DNA from: Mizuhopecten yessoensis
Lineage: Eukaryota
Assembly: GCF_002113885.1 (NCBI RefSeq)
Contig: NW_018404715.1
Coordinates: 251,268-313,378, forward strand
Length of the DNA stretch: 62,111 nucleotides
Direction: 5' to 3'
This document shows positions 1 to 13,155 of this stretch, one piece after another; position 1 is the stretch's first letter, and each line of letters starts with the position of its first letter. The translations under genes were made by a program, and so were the position numbers. A model generated the notes under the pieces. It did no database searches and was not told the origin of the DNA. It saw only the letters and a program-made list of their open reading frames with translations.

Positions 1-3000
1 AAATCATGTTAATACCACGTTATAATGATAAGATTTAAAACGTTTTGTTCGAGAACTTAATTTATTTCTTCTTATATTTAAAAAAAATAATTAGTGGCTG
101 TGTTATTGAAATAAATTAGATTCAAATGATTTGTGAGTTTGTATCATTCAGACAGTGTTATGGAGGAATTTGTAAAGATGATAGCTGATTTCAATTTGCG
201 TTATCATGATGTTGTTTTTATTTAAAGTTAGAACCGCTTAAGCAAAATCATCTAACAAAAAATAATGTTTATGTTTTGGGTAAAACAGAATCGCTGAACT
301 AAAAGATGAAAGTATAATTGATTTAAACATTTCGAAAAATAGACAAGAATAAGATCGGTGTTGTTTTAAATACCAAGATTCGTACACTATTCCTGTTCCT
401 GATATCCATATAACGACGTTAGCAGTTACACCAGACGCTGACCAAAACAAATCATATTTAATGTGGCAGGGAAGTATTAATGTCAACTGTTTACTCTTCA
501 CTACCTTTAATGTGTATTTTTACATATTACCTGTTTGGCATTAAAGAGTGAACACCTGTGATATGGGCCTTAATAATACCGCATAAACCCCAGTTCAGAA
601 GGTGTGCACTTTCCTTAAAGAGACAGTAAATTGTGTGCTATGACAAGAAGTGCATTAGCGTGCTTCTGTAAAAGTAATTCAAGACCACTCTCCGTCCAAA
701 TGTACACTTATATGACTTCAACGTTTTCTTGATCGTGGCCTCTTTATTGCTTTTTGAAAGTTAAGGACTTGTTACATAAAATATAAGTTAATTTAGTTCT
801 GGCTTGATGACATGGTGATCAATTATTTCCCTATTAACGACAGACTAAAGTTATTATGTAAATATGGCCGCGGCATTCATTAAGCCGGATGGTAAACACG
901 TGTATGGTCCTTATAACTAGATCGGTTATAATAGGTAAACAAATGGTATGTACTACACTATAATACAGTAACAATTCACATACTTCACAGTACGAGATAA
1001 AATGCGTGTCAATTATTTGTTTATGTCGCACAAACACTTAACAGATTAATGATGAAAAGTGCAAATTAGCTTAGAAATGTACCTGTATCTAAATCGATGT
1101 CTCGTTACGACATTCAAATAAACTGGGGTTCTTTAACGTAAGAAAAGGACAAATTGCAATAGTACAATCGACAAATGAAAAAAATGAACTCTGATAAAAA
1201 AGACAGAACTCAAGTAGATATCAACTCCACAGACACATTAAACAAACCGCAATGTTAATCAAGGATACTTCCAGGTGGCTGAAAAGGTTGCGCGTGGCCG
1301 GCACCGCATGTGGTACCAGGCAGTAAAAAGTCCGTTAAATATGGCACAACCATCGCTGCACATATCTGCAAAAAAGATGATTTTGATTAAGAAAAGCCAT
1401 AAACAATGAAACAAATAATGATGATGTCATGACTATAAGGGTGGGAGTCCTTCCGTGGCATCAACGGTTCACTTGATTTACGAGTCCTGTATCCGGAATA
1501 TGCCACACTGAAGGATACCATAAGTCAGAAATATCACTTTTTTGCTGTTCGTTATTTTCAGCACAAAAATGTACAGAAAAAATACATGTTCCCTGTACAC
1601 TTTACGGCTAAAATGAATACACCCATAAATGAATTTTATTAGATCATATTTTTTACCAAAGTTAGTTACCTTTTGCTTTATTAGAAGTAAATTATTATGC
1701 AAATAATTCATACTAATTTCTCCGTAAATATATAATCTGTATGTATAAGAATTGTTGACATAGGGATTCCGCGGGGCCTTAGAATCATTGTAATACATGC
1801 TTACTCAGATTTTTCCTTTTTTTCTCTAATAAATATTAAGATGATACTGTTTATTTATCATTACATATTTTTCATACCATTGATACAAAATTTGTCAACT
1901 TGAATACCATATATTCCATCATAAAAATTACTTGAATGTGAAATATACATATAATAATAAAAAAAATATTGTCACATTATTGAAGATTAAATTCCAAGAT
2001 TTATTTAGGTTTAAGAATTATGTGTATATCATTTAGAATATGAATTCAGTGTTTATTTCAAAAACAAGTTCATAAAGTGTTTCCTCCGTTGTTTATTCAT
2101 GTATTCTCAAATATGTATATTAACTTGTAAATTAGAATGAATTAATCTCATGAACATATTATGATGTGAGATCCCGTTGAGCGTTTAAGAGATATATCAT
2201 GCCATTTTACTTAGTGTTGCTAATTACGAGACTCGCAAAGCCCAAGTATGTGTTCAGGCTATGAACGAGTGTGAGGGTGAACAGGTAAACACGGGAAAGT
2301 ACACTGTCACAGACCTTAGTATAGTACCTAAAATATTTAATAATATAGAAATATTTGAGATGGTTCTATCTAGTTTAAATAAAGAATAAAATTCGAACAC
2401 AGGATATCATTTGATTTTTTTTTATGAATACGGGCCTAGCTGTGCATCATATTTCCTAACGAAGAGATAATTTCGAGGATTGTTTTATGATTTAAACGAA
2501 ACAAAGATTAAACGCTTTTGAATAAAATATGGCGGCATTCTAAATTTATTATTAAATGTATCATATTTTTTCTTACCTAATTAAACACGTCATACTTTCT
2601 ATTAGGAATGACAACTGGATATGTATCCGAACAAGTGTTTTAATATTATCACCAAATTTCGTTTCAACATTTTAAATAAACAGATAGTTTCCCCAAAACT
2701 GCACGCTATAAACAAATACGTCACGTTAGAAAATCTACATTTAATTTTATTACAGCACACATTTATCTATTGAGTCAAAGCGTGTAAGCTGCAATTAATG
2801 GCCTTCCCTAATCATGTATCGATTGATAATGTACGCTTCATGGATGAGATCCAGTTTAGAATTTTTCATTAATACATTTAATCTTCAGTGTTCAATTTTG
2901 ACCTCGGCTACATCTATAGAACGAATTGCTATGCAGGACTGATGACATGTAAGCATATCTTAACTGATATTTGATCATTTGTGTCTAGATTTGTCCATGG

Positions 3001-5959
3001 GTTGTTTTACCTGTAATATAGTTAACCGCGGTATATATTGCCCAAGTAAGTACTGAAAGTGATGGCACATTTATAAATCACAAACATGATATGTTACAAT
3101 TTTATGGTAAATGCTACCGAAGATATTTCATATGAGAAATAAAGAATAAATACAACCTCAGTTTTGCCAAAATATTACAATAAACATACTGTAAACTTGG
3201 TTTCATAATACATACACCTGATCCAGAAATCACGCGTGCAGGTCATCGGATCTTTGTTTGAATCTGTGTTCGTCAGGCAAACAGTATATTGCACATAAAG
3301 TCATTCAATTAGGGGTTCATTGCCGATTGTTTACATGTACAATTGATTAGTTTTGTTTGTTTGGGTTTTTTAGTTCTCACAACAACTTCAGTCTTATGCA
3401 TTAAACATTAGTTACATAACTTCATAACTCCAATTCAGACTTTATCAAGAAAAATTGAGGATTGAATTAACAATTGAATATAAAATAGGGTAAAATTGTC
3501 CCCCAACAGTTATTTCAATAAACACCAATTTATGGTCATCTCTTAAAAGCTCATATCTGGCGTCAATGTATATATCTGTTTTGATGTTGGAGTATTATTT
3601 TGTTTTCATTAAATATTTGAATATATAAAAACCGAAGCATCACTTTAATTTAGCTGTAATTTTAATGTTGAGTTTTGCTGCAGTTTTAGCGATAATTAGT
3701 CTTTAAATTCAACGTATTAAAAATAAACAAAGTTTATATAAACAATTAAATCACAATCGCTCAATGACAATAATTGAATTCATTGTTGATATGACAAGCG
3801 AGCAATAAGAATGGAGAGAACAACAAAACAAAAGATTAGACAGCACAATCCGCTACAGACACAAGGTTCCCTGGACGAGTAAGTGAATACAAGTTTTATA
3901 CAAATAGCCAAGCGGCACTGAACAAAGAGAGGGACGACTTTACATCAACAGTACGGTGCCTGGTTTGTCAGTAACATTGTAACATACTTTAATGTTACCT
4001 TACCTGGCCTATTTATGTAAAGTACAAATGCAAATCAATTTGTGTTTGTTTGAAAACTCACAAGAGGATATTATTAGTTGTATGTTGATGCTAAATACTA
4101 AAAAGCAGCTATACATGTAATTTCCTTAAAAGTTAAGTGCAAACTAAAAATAAGAAAGTCACATTTATCGTAAATATCTATCATATTAGCAATAAAATCT
4201 CGGTATAATGTCACTCCTTAAACTTTTTTACCGACAAATTGTAAAATTGCTTTACTATTTTTGTTTACAATTCCGTTTAAAGTCTCCTAAATTGCAAGAC
4301 CTCTCTATTAGGCCTTAACTTTTGCTGTTGAACAAAAGTGACAGTAGAAAGAGGTTTACGGTATGCTAATATTGGAAAAATCTGACCAGCATGCATGTTG
4401 ATATTTATCATTAGATGTAGACTTATGCTTAAATATTCAAATGCGATTCAGACTAATTCAAAATATCATATGTGTTATGTTTCTTTAACCTTTAGATCAC
4501 TTACGAATTAATTGTTTTCCACAGATATGCTCTGGCATGATGATTTAATGATTGGATCGTTTTATAGAGGTTTATGTGGTAGTTCTAATCCTTCTCTCAC
4601 CAATTTAATAAATAATGAATAAATGAAAAGGCAGAAATCAAATATTAATGCATCTCAATTTGTTGATATAGGAAATATACTTTTATCTATGTAAAAACAA
4701 ACTAAGTGCAACATAAAAAGCTCGATAGACGATATATAAAAAGAATATTACAAGACATGTTAAAATCAAATGGTTGAGTTTATTAGAAATACATATATGT
4801 CTATATTCAGCATTCTACGTATCAAATATAGCCTAGAATTAAAAAAGGATGTGCAGTATTCCTTGTTAATCAGCGAAAACAATCTTTTCTTGTTATCAAC
4901 CAGGACTAATTGTTGTTAGTTTGATGAACGCCCAGCCTGTAGACGACAAACCACGTGATGGGGATGAGGGAGGGGGATGTACTGAGAAAGTACGCAATGA
5001 GCGCCAAACATCAAAGACAAAAACAGTAAACCTCCATGATGAGACTACGACGAGACAACGTGATGTTAGATTTGTGACGGCTTCATGAAGCAATCTGGCT
5101 TGACAGCCAAAAACTTTAATTCCCTCAGATAGCCAAAACCATCGGTGTAGGGATACAATTGATAGAATTTTATCACCTGGCTCATCCGAGCATATTTTTG
5201 CCGGCCCGACGTCCCTCTGTGGAGTATTTGCGTGTATATGGGGACACCATTTGACCAATATGAAAGAAAATAATACAGCAACAGCTAAACGTGTTATATT
5301 CTACAGACGCGTCTCCTGTGAACACTAGCAATGCGCTGGGGACCATCGTTTCGTCAGGAAGAGAGCTGCAAGGTTTTCTGCATTGCGAAAAACTCGTTCA
5401 CACTTTGGATTCGCTTTACTCAACAGGGGTAATTTAACACGTTTCTTTCCAAGGCCCATGGTCCCTGAGGAGCGTAGCTAATCAGTTAAGTTTCCAAAAT
5501 TACTTTTTGTCACTCTCAGTGCATCTTTTGCACTTTCTCCAGGGTCAAAGGTTAGTTCATTTGAAATATTTGCGGGGAAATTCAATTTTTGAGCCAATTA
5601 GACGTATAATGACATTTAAGGTAAGCAGATTTCAGAGAAATTTCATTACGGTTGCGAGCGTAGAACGGAATACACCGGAATATCAGAGTGGCAAGGCAGG
5701 CAGCTGGGTTTGGCACACAGAGGTGCGGGATATAGTGGTCTAACACGGCATCACAGTCTCGGTCCAAATTCTGTACTCTCACCTACCGGAGGAGCCGTCC
5801 TGTGAACTTGTGCTCTGGTGTGTCACTTACTGAGAGCTTGTTCTGCGACCCTTCTTCTAATGTGTCACCTAATGAGAGCGTGTTTTGAGGGACTCCTTCC
5901 AATGTGCAACTAAGTGAAAACATGTTTTGTGAGCCTCCTTACTTAAAACATGTTTTGAT

Positions 5960-6115
5960 AGGCTCTTCTTCTGTGCCACTTTTCTGAGACAATTTGTTGA
6001 GAGCCCTCTTCTTCTGTAGCAGTAACTGAGATAATCCTTTGAGAACCCTCTTCTTCTGTAGCAGTAACTGGGACAATCCTTTGAGAGCCTTCCTCTCTGC
6101 CAGATACTGAGAACA
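5960..6115 (-). repeat. 42-bp (14-codon) degenerate tandem repeat, 3-4 copies, with more eroded copies down to ~5830
   Basis: CTTCTGTAGCAGTAACTG recurs at 6011 and 6053 (period 42). The minus strand gives EEEGSQRIVPVTAT / EEEGSQRIISVTAT. Confidence 0.75.
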
Positions 6116-6699
6116 AGTCCACGTGATCTTTTAACTTGATTCACAATATCATTCTTCCATATTTTACTTTATGTGGCACATAGGTTTGTTTTGGTTATCA
6201 GATACATAGGTCATACTTTTACAGCCTCTGACCTCTCTATCAAGCACTGAGGGTTTGCTTACAAATAGAGAAAAAGATTATCCATCATTTCAAATTTGCA
6301 TCCTCTCTATGTCCCTTTTCCACAAGCCGGGTACTGTGATCCTCCTCCTAAGGCACATATACTCAGTACCATCCTTTCACAGCCTTTCACAGAGTTGAGC
6401 TTTTCTTCTACTCCAGTTGTTTTGGAACGAGCCATAAACCTCTTTTCAACGATATACTATGCCATTTTGTTTTTTAGTTCAGCTTCAGGTCATGCATCTA
6501 TCCTCATTTCGCTTTCCTGGTGCACGTTATACCAAATGTGTGTGTTTCCTTCGAAGACATCATACTGGTTTATCCTCAAATGTAATCGGAAATGGAAGTT
6601 ACACTGGAAAAGTTGTGTGTTAGCTAACAAATGAACATTCCTCTTGACCTTCGAGATCATCGTCTGCTCAGAAGACTTTTGAAAAGAAAGCTTCCCCGT

Positions 6700-7190
6700 G
6701 TGTTTTCTGGTATTATTATGCCCGAGTGTAACGAGGTCAGTCAAAATAAGACACATTAAATTTTGTGTCATAAACCAACTATTATTGTCTCGACACTAAG
6801 CATGCAAGGGAATTATTTCTTGAGATTAACATCCTCACATACACATTTATGAAGGCACCATTAGAAAATTAATAGAACTGTTACGTATCGGTACGGATGT
6901 GACAAAGGACAAATTCATTTTTGCACCATAAACTCAACGTTATTGTTTTAATACAGGACATACGAGGGTAATATTTCCAAGGATCACTATCCATATATAT
7001 ACATAAAAGCGATATTGGAAAATTAAAAGAATTATTATGCATCGGCGCAGGCGTGTCAATAGACAAAGGACAAATTAGTTTTGTGTCATAAAACACTTGA
7101 TTGTCTTATACAAACCAAGTGAGGGCAGTTTTCACGGAGATTTACAATTACTCACATACACCCAGGAGGACAGTACTTAGCAAACAGATA
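6700..7190. repeat. Degenerate ~159-bp tandem triplication
   Basis: TTTTGTGTCATAAA at 6761 and 7079 with variant TTTTGCACCATAAA at 6919; GACAAAGGACAAATT at 6901 and 7062; CTCACATACAC at 6834 and 7151. Confidence 0.7.
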
Positions 7191-7469
7191 TAAGAAGGGA
7201 GCATAACCTTACCATGATATATCACACCCCTATATGTAAGAAACACTAGAATCGAAGTAGGATATTTGATGTCACACAAAGTATACTGTTTTTAGATAAT
7301 AAATCGCAAACATTTGCCTCTGGAGTAGTGAGCATGCCTGCCCTTTTTACTAAGCAAGGTTTTACTACCCGAGAGAAGACTTTTAAGACTTGTTCTATAT
7401 TTCTTCAATTTTAATGACTTGCATATTGTTTTCATTTTTCCTTGGTAGCAGTTTTTGCGAGAGGTGAAA

Positions 7470-7560
7470 CATGTCATGTAGGAAACGCATACTCTTCCTG
7501 AGCACTGCGTTACACATACGTATTTTTGGTCTTTTGATATCTTTTGCTTTGTTTTGGTGG
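7470..7560 (-). mobile_element. Fragment of a dispersed repeat (same family as ~53500 and weakly ~1270)
   Basis: The reverse complement of 7481-7506 (AGTGCTCAGGAAGAGTATGCGTTTCC) matches 53503-53528 (GGTGTTCCGGAAGGGTAAGCGTTTCT) at 20/26 positions. Both have an A-rich (here T-rich) flank on the same side. Confidence 0.55.
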
Positions 7561-8086
7561 CTTGGTAACTTTCATTGTTTTCAATCGTATCTACAGTTAG
7601 CTAAATATTTACTTTGTGTAGTAATCCTGAAGTAATTAATTTTCTTATTGGTAAAGCAGAATCTAAGAAGGGACGTCACAATCGAAAATACGAATCACTG
7701 ACAAATAGAAATTAAAAATACTTCAGGAAAAGGGACGCAAACACCTGGAATCACACGGATCCAAACACAAAAGGAAGACAACTGTATCATCCTATCTCTG
7801 TCATAATACCATCGTCATGACGGAAATAGGTTGTGTCTAAAATAAAGATTATTTTAACAATAACTTCTTTTTGTTTGCTCGGAGGGAAAAAAGGTATCAC
7901 CAAGCTCCTTTACTGCTCTTATAATATTGAAACAGATTGAAATATGACACAGACATATCACGTTTTTGTATTATAGATCCGATTTTTACGATGCAACAGA
8001 GAACACTTATCAAGTGATTTCATATTGAAGATAAAATACAATGTTTTTATCTGTAAAGGCGCGTGTGTTTGCCATTCGATAACAAT

Positions 8087-8436
8087 TCAATTTAAAAATA
8101 CATGCAATCCCAATTTTAGAATATATGTTGCTGATATTTTGCAGCTGTCTAAAGTTTGCTTCGGGCTAGTATTTAAAGTGTATTTTGCCTTCATTAAAAC
8201 GGAAGCTTGCCGTCCATTTTTGGATGAATCATTCTGATTTAAGTATGCAGGATTGACATGGCCGATCCGACAGGAAGACAAGCAGCTCCCCCTAGCGGCC
8301 GGGATACGGCCTCGTTGTCGCCATGTACCAACTGATTTGCAGAGTACGGTGTTATACGGTGACAAATACCTCATATTATTGGGTTGTGCTGCTTGCAGCC
8401 ACATAAGCTGCTTAGGTCTTCGGCCTTGAGCTTTTC
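8087..8436 (-). pseudogene. Candidate exon start (phase 1), open for ~116 codons, containing GHVNPAY (NPxY-type motif)
   Basis: Strong acceptor ttctcctctcag|GAAAAG (AG at 8437-8438). The frame GKAQGRRPKQLMW...GHVNPAYLNQNDSS...HVFLN is open to 8087 (ORF track 8087..8548). Confidence 0.45.
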
Positions 8437-9796
8437 CTGAGAGGAGAATGAGAACATAATACAAGAAGCATTGGTTATTGTTATAAAAGCAAAAATACAA
8501 CGTCATGAAAATGTAAACAAAGCAAATGATTGTTCCCATCAAAAGCATTTTTTTATTATATATATTACGATATATATCATAGCAACATCGCAGTATATGT
8601 TACACGACACATGTTGTCGTCAAAATACAAACTAGATACCTTTTGCACTTACTAGGAAATGACAATAAAACTGTTTACTTTTTTCCCATACTTAACAATT
8701 TTTCTATTTTCTAAAACATCGACCATTTATCTGTATGGTATCTTTTAGTTTTATATGACGTTGTTGTATTACTCGACAACGAATTCAGATCAAATAAAAT
8801 TAAAACGTTTTTTTGACATAGAATCATACTCGTTCTTTGATATGTTTATCGAAACAACTCGTCCTATTTTTTTTCTGTATTTCTGTCCGAAGCACTGGCG
8901 CTAATACTCATGAACATTGTTTACATCGCTAATATGCTTTGCCGCCATTTTAACTTAATGCATTAATGAGTTGGCATCACGGATCCTTGAGTGGCCTTTT
9001 TTTCTAGCGTTCCTCGTGACATGATAATTTGACATAATTGGTTTATTTTGCGCATTTTAAAATATTTAGTGTACTTTATATTCGGAGAGCAGCAGTCGTT
9101 ACTGATATTCAATTAGAATTACCTATGAATGTTGCAAGGAGCTGGAAAGTGCTGTCAGAGCTTAACAAAAAACCTCCGTTCCTATGAATCGTCTTATAAT
9201 TATGAAAATCGAAAAGAGGGCATGTGGAACAGCTTTCCAATTAGTAATTAGGAATGTCAAAAGTGGGAGGTTGTACTTAGCAGTCTTTCACAATATGAAG
9301 GATATAGGGGCATATGGCAGATCTCAAACATCGTAGTGTTGAATGCTATAGACAAATTGCTTTCTAAGTTGATTTAATATTCAGTACGATTTAAATAAAT
9401 GATTTATGATACTGAAAAATGATGATTGTTTCGGACAAATATTTATTTTCGGTGCATTATTCTTATTTCATTTATTTTTTTCCTTTTTTTTCCTTTTTTT
9501 TTTTAATTTCACGCCTACATATTCTTTTATATCTTTTTTTCTTTTAACGCCATTCGAGTAAAATACAAAATAAGTAACATAAACACAACAAAGTACACAT
9601 GTCCATTGTAAACCTTTAGAATTTCTCTCAATTCCATGTATAAAAAACTAGCGTTCTGTCATAATATTGCTATCTTTTCGATCAGTAAGTTATATAAGTA
9701 ACGTTTGATGTAAAAAAAGATAATGAAATAATTAAAAAATATATTTAGCTCATGAATTTATCTATTCACAGCAGGATACATACATAAAGACATTAC

Positions 9797-10070
9797 CGTT
9801 AGAGAAACATCTCCATTTGAAAACGAAAATTCAAGAAATGTGTATTGTTGAGGAAATAAGAAGAAACATTTATAGTGAGCGTATTAACGGTTATGTAGGG
9901 AGGCGAAGAGAGGAAGTAGTACACATAGCTGGTACATGTTCTCTGGTAGAGCGGGAGTCTGGTTGCTGCGGCTTGCGTCGCCATCACTTTCTGACACCAG
10001 AGACAGAACTGTATTTTAATAAGCTTTGACAGTTATAACCCAACAGGAGAAATGATATATCTGGTTCTCG
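9797..10070 (-). pseudogene. Candidate eroded exon with transmembrane-like and basic juxtamembrane segment
   Basis: Reads YIISPVGL*LSKLIKIQFCLWC, then after a frameshift RK*WRRKPQQPDSRSTREHVP. It ends at donor AACG|GTAATG (GT at 9796-9795) in phase 1, matching the 8436 acceptor. Several stops; speculative. Confidence 0.3.
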
Positions 10071-13000
10071 TTGTGTTTCTGGCCCTAGGCAGACCTCCCT
10101 CTCTACCCCTCCTCCCCATATCTTCTCCTTCCCATTCCCCATATCTTTTGCTGTCCGTAGTGTATAGTCCCGTATCGCCAACGTCCCTCTCATGATTTCC
10201 CTAATCCTACGTTATTTACGATCGAGACAGGAAGCAAGAAGAGACGAGTAGTTGTAAATAACAACAATTAAGTAGATTATGCCGGTGAGAATTATTTTTG
10301 CACCTGTTTTGTATACTTATAGCCCCCAAGTGACGACCATTCATGTCTCTGATTGGTTATAATTTATGAGTAGGATGCTCGGTCATTTCCGTCCATAGTG
10401 TACTCGCGAATCATTCCACGTGGGGAAGGAGATGGCGATGCCAGGAATTTAATTGGAGTATAAATTCTGTTTCTGTCTCATTAGTTAATAAAGAAGGTCT
10501 GATATTAGTTTTGTACAAATACTACTTTCAATGGAAAGGGGAGTTTACTTTTAATTCGTTTGAATTTTTTTTTTATTTATTTTTTTATCTTGGCACAAAA
10601 AGACAGGGGAATATTTTACTTAACAACCAACCATTAGAAATAAATTTCGCTACAGATGTCTGTACACTTTCAGTTTGTTTCATTCCAATGGATTTTTGGC
10701 ACTAGACAAATCTTAAAGGAAGTCATATAAAGGTGTTTTATGGTACAATTTGCGCATCAGACATAGGTAAACATTAAAAAAAAATATATACTTAAAGATA
10801 AACAGCTAAATAATTAAAATTTTGAACTCCTCAAGTTCACGCAAAAATTGTACAATGTAAATATCCTTCAATAATAAAAAAAAGTTTCTCTAGTGCTGCA
10901 GTGGTGAGGAAGAAGAGAATGTTTGAGCCGTTTTATCAATTCAAGAGACATTAACAAAATAATTTTAAATTAATTGATTTTACAAAATGCAATATCTCAT
11001 AAAGAAAAAAGTGAATAAAATGGTTTTTTGTTTGTAATATTTATGTTTTGTCACTGGCAAGAAAAGATTATAAAGGGACCATTTAAATGCCCTGTTGATG
11101 TTATTATGTATATGTGTTTGAATTCGTTAACACTCTTAATGATAGAAAGAATGAAGTGTAATGTCGATTGCAATATTTGGATATTTCAATGTACATAAAT
11201 ATTGTTTACAAGTTTCTCAGAAGTTCATAAAATTTAAACTGTTTCTTCAACATCGGTTTTAAGTTAATGAAAAAAACTCTTTATAATATTTTTTTAAAAA
11301 CCCATAAAACATGTGCTATTATTAACAAACAATATGTTTTATATAACGTGGTCAACATAATATAATGTTTATTATAATAATACATAAATTAATGACTGAT
11401 TCCTAATTTCTCAAAAGTTCTGAAATAAAAAAACCCATTCAGGTAAGGTTTTTTACCGAAATTATATAGCAAACGTTTTATTAAATTCATTTTCAGTTCG
11501 AAAAAAATATCTGTTTATCTAATAATACTCAACATTTCATAAATGATGATAAAGATTTGTCTCCAAAATTCCTTTTAACATTGAAAATTGACATTTACTC
11601 AAATGTGAAAAAAATAATTAAACGTTTTTTAAATGAATGTTTTTCTTGTCTCATCGAAAAATGTCGATTTAAAAAATTGAATTTTTCATAAAAACGCAGT
11701 TATAGTAATGAAAGCACAATGACAACTGACAAATGAACTGACGCTGTCCGGCCTAAGAACAATTGAGAAATGCAATATTGGGAAGAACATATAGATATGC
11801 TTGGTTTTTAATCTTATACTTTAAGATAGTTGTTGTTTTAATTTGTATCATGACTGATGTTTTCCACAAATACGTTTACAAATTTTAACAAGATATTTAG
11901 AATGAAAAGAAAAAGACATCTAACTTAAAAGAAGGTAATTAAAAACCTGTCACACACGTTTTAAATTCAAGAAACCCGTTGCATTTCTGGTCTTACCATA
12001 TGTAACTCCTTTTCCCCCAAAAACACACCTAACCTCAAACCATGTGTTTCATTTAACTATTGATTCCGAAACAATGATAAATATTCACAACCTGTCCCGG
12101 CAGACCGTTCCTAATGCGATATATTAGAAACAACACACATTCTACAGTTTTTCGGATATGCCGATTTTTATATTCCCATGATGCCGAATGCAGAAGTGAT
12201 AAGATTGTAGCTATGGAGACCTTTGGGGACCAATATGGTAGACGATTAAATATTAAAACCTGTTATAGAGAGATATGAAATAACACCAAAATATGATGAT
12301 GAAATGGCGTATTAAACTGCATAACGGCACTAGGAATGGTACCAAGACGCTAATGTGTTGGCCTCGCGCGAGGAAGGCCAATGAAAGTTTCGAAGCACAA
12401 GTTCTCACATTTTAACCGTCTGCGTTTTTATTTGGCTTAGGAAAATGGAATGTGTTGAAGAATTCTATCGAGTTAGCGTTACATGGAAAATGGAATGGTT
12501 ACACCTCTGGCAAAAATATGTTAAGAGCTATTTCATAATTCGTCACCGGGTGACAGTTCCACCGGTCGCTCGCCATGCATCATCTCTGTAATTGCGTAAC
12601 TGTGGAGTCGAATGGAGTCGAAATGGCGATGCTGAGGTATGGCAAACTAGCATAAAACATGGAATCATATGTAATAAAACTGGCCCGTGTTACCAATAGT
12701 ATCCCAGGAATTACACTTCTCAATGCCTCTCCGCTGTTAATCTTTTTCTCTTCAAACCGGGAAAAGTGTTTTACATGCAATTATGGTTTTGGTGTTTTTC
12801 CAAAAGGTTCATGGCTTTTTGGAGATACGTATATATGGACAGATTGGAAAAGAAAGATCTGATGGTTGAAGAAGAGTACGAAGAAGTGGGGGTAAAAGAC
12901 GAGAGTAAAGAAAAAGGGGAGTAGGGGGAGAGTTATAACCCCATCAAGAAGACGAGTCTTGTTACCGAGGTTACCCACGCTGTAATAAAGAGATACATAC

Positions 13001-13155
13001 AATTCTTTGGATGACAGACCTACCGTTATAGTCCTATTTCTCATTTTTCTTCTGACAGAAGACGACAAAGAAATTTCACGCTTCATGGAAATAGATGTGT
13101 TGAATATGGCCATTCTTGTATGACGAACCGTGTCTTTATGAATAATGTCTCTCAT
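13001..13155 (-). CDS. Candidate open exon (MRDIIHKDTVRHTRMAIFNTSISMKREISLSSSVRRKMRNRTIT...), product unknown
   Basis: Acceptor ttgtttgtttcag|ATGAGA (AG at 13156-13157). Possible donors are ACG|GTAGGT (exon end 13024) or TT|GTATGT (exon end 13001). Only one frame is open. Confidence 0.4.

Larger units (their letters stand above)
4900..7440 (-). pseudogene. Decayed long coding-like exon (low-complexity, repeat-containing protein tail), boundaries approximate
   Basis: Minus-strand fragments read as protein-like, e.g. DHVDLFSVSGREEGSQRIVPVTATEEEGSQRIISVTATEEEGSQQIVS near 6130-5985 and HQESEMRIDA*PEAELKNKMA*YIVEKRF near 6520-6440. They are broken by stops and frameshifts and contain 42-bp and ~159-bp internal repeats. 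No family recognised. Confidence 0.4.

Noticed and set aside
238-4800. Short 60-106 aa ORFs in AT-rich DNA (and similar ones throughout the window)
   Set aside because: Their length and Ile/Phe/Tyr-rich composition are as expected by chance; no domains or splice support.
8370-8436. Apparent 67-nt exon equal in length to the 28981-29047 exon
   Set aside because: No sequence similarity, the GTATTT donor is weak, and a frame continues open to 8087; treated as coincidence.
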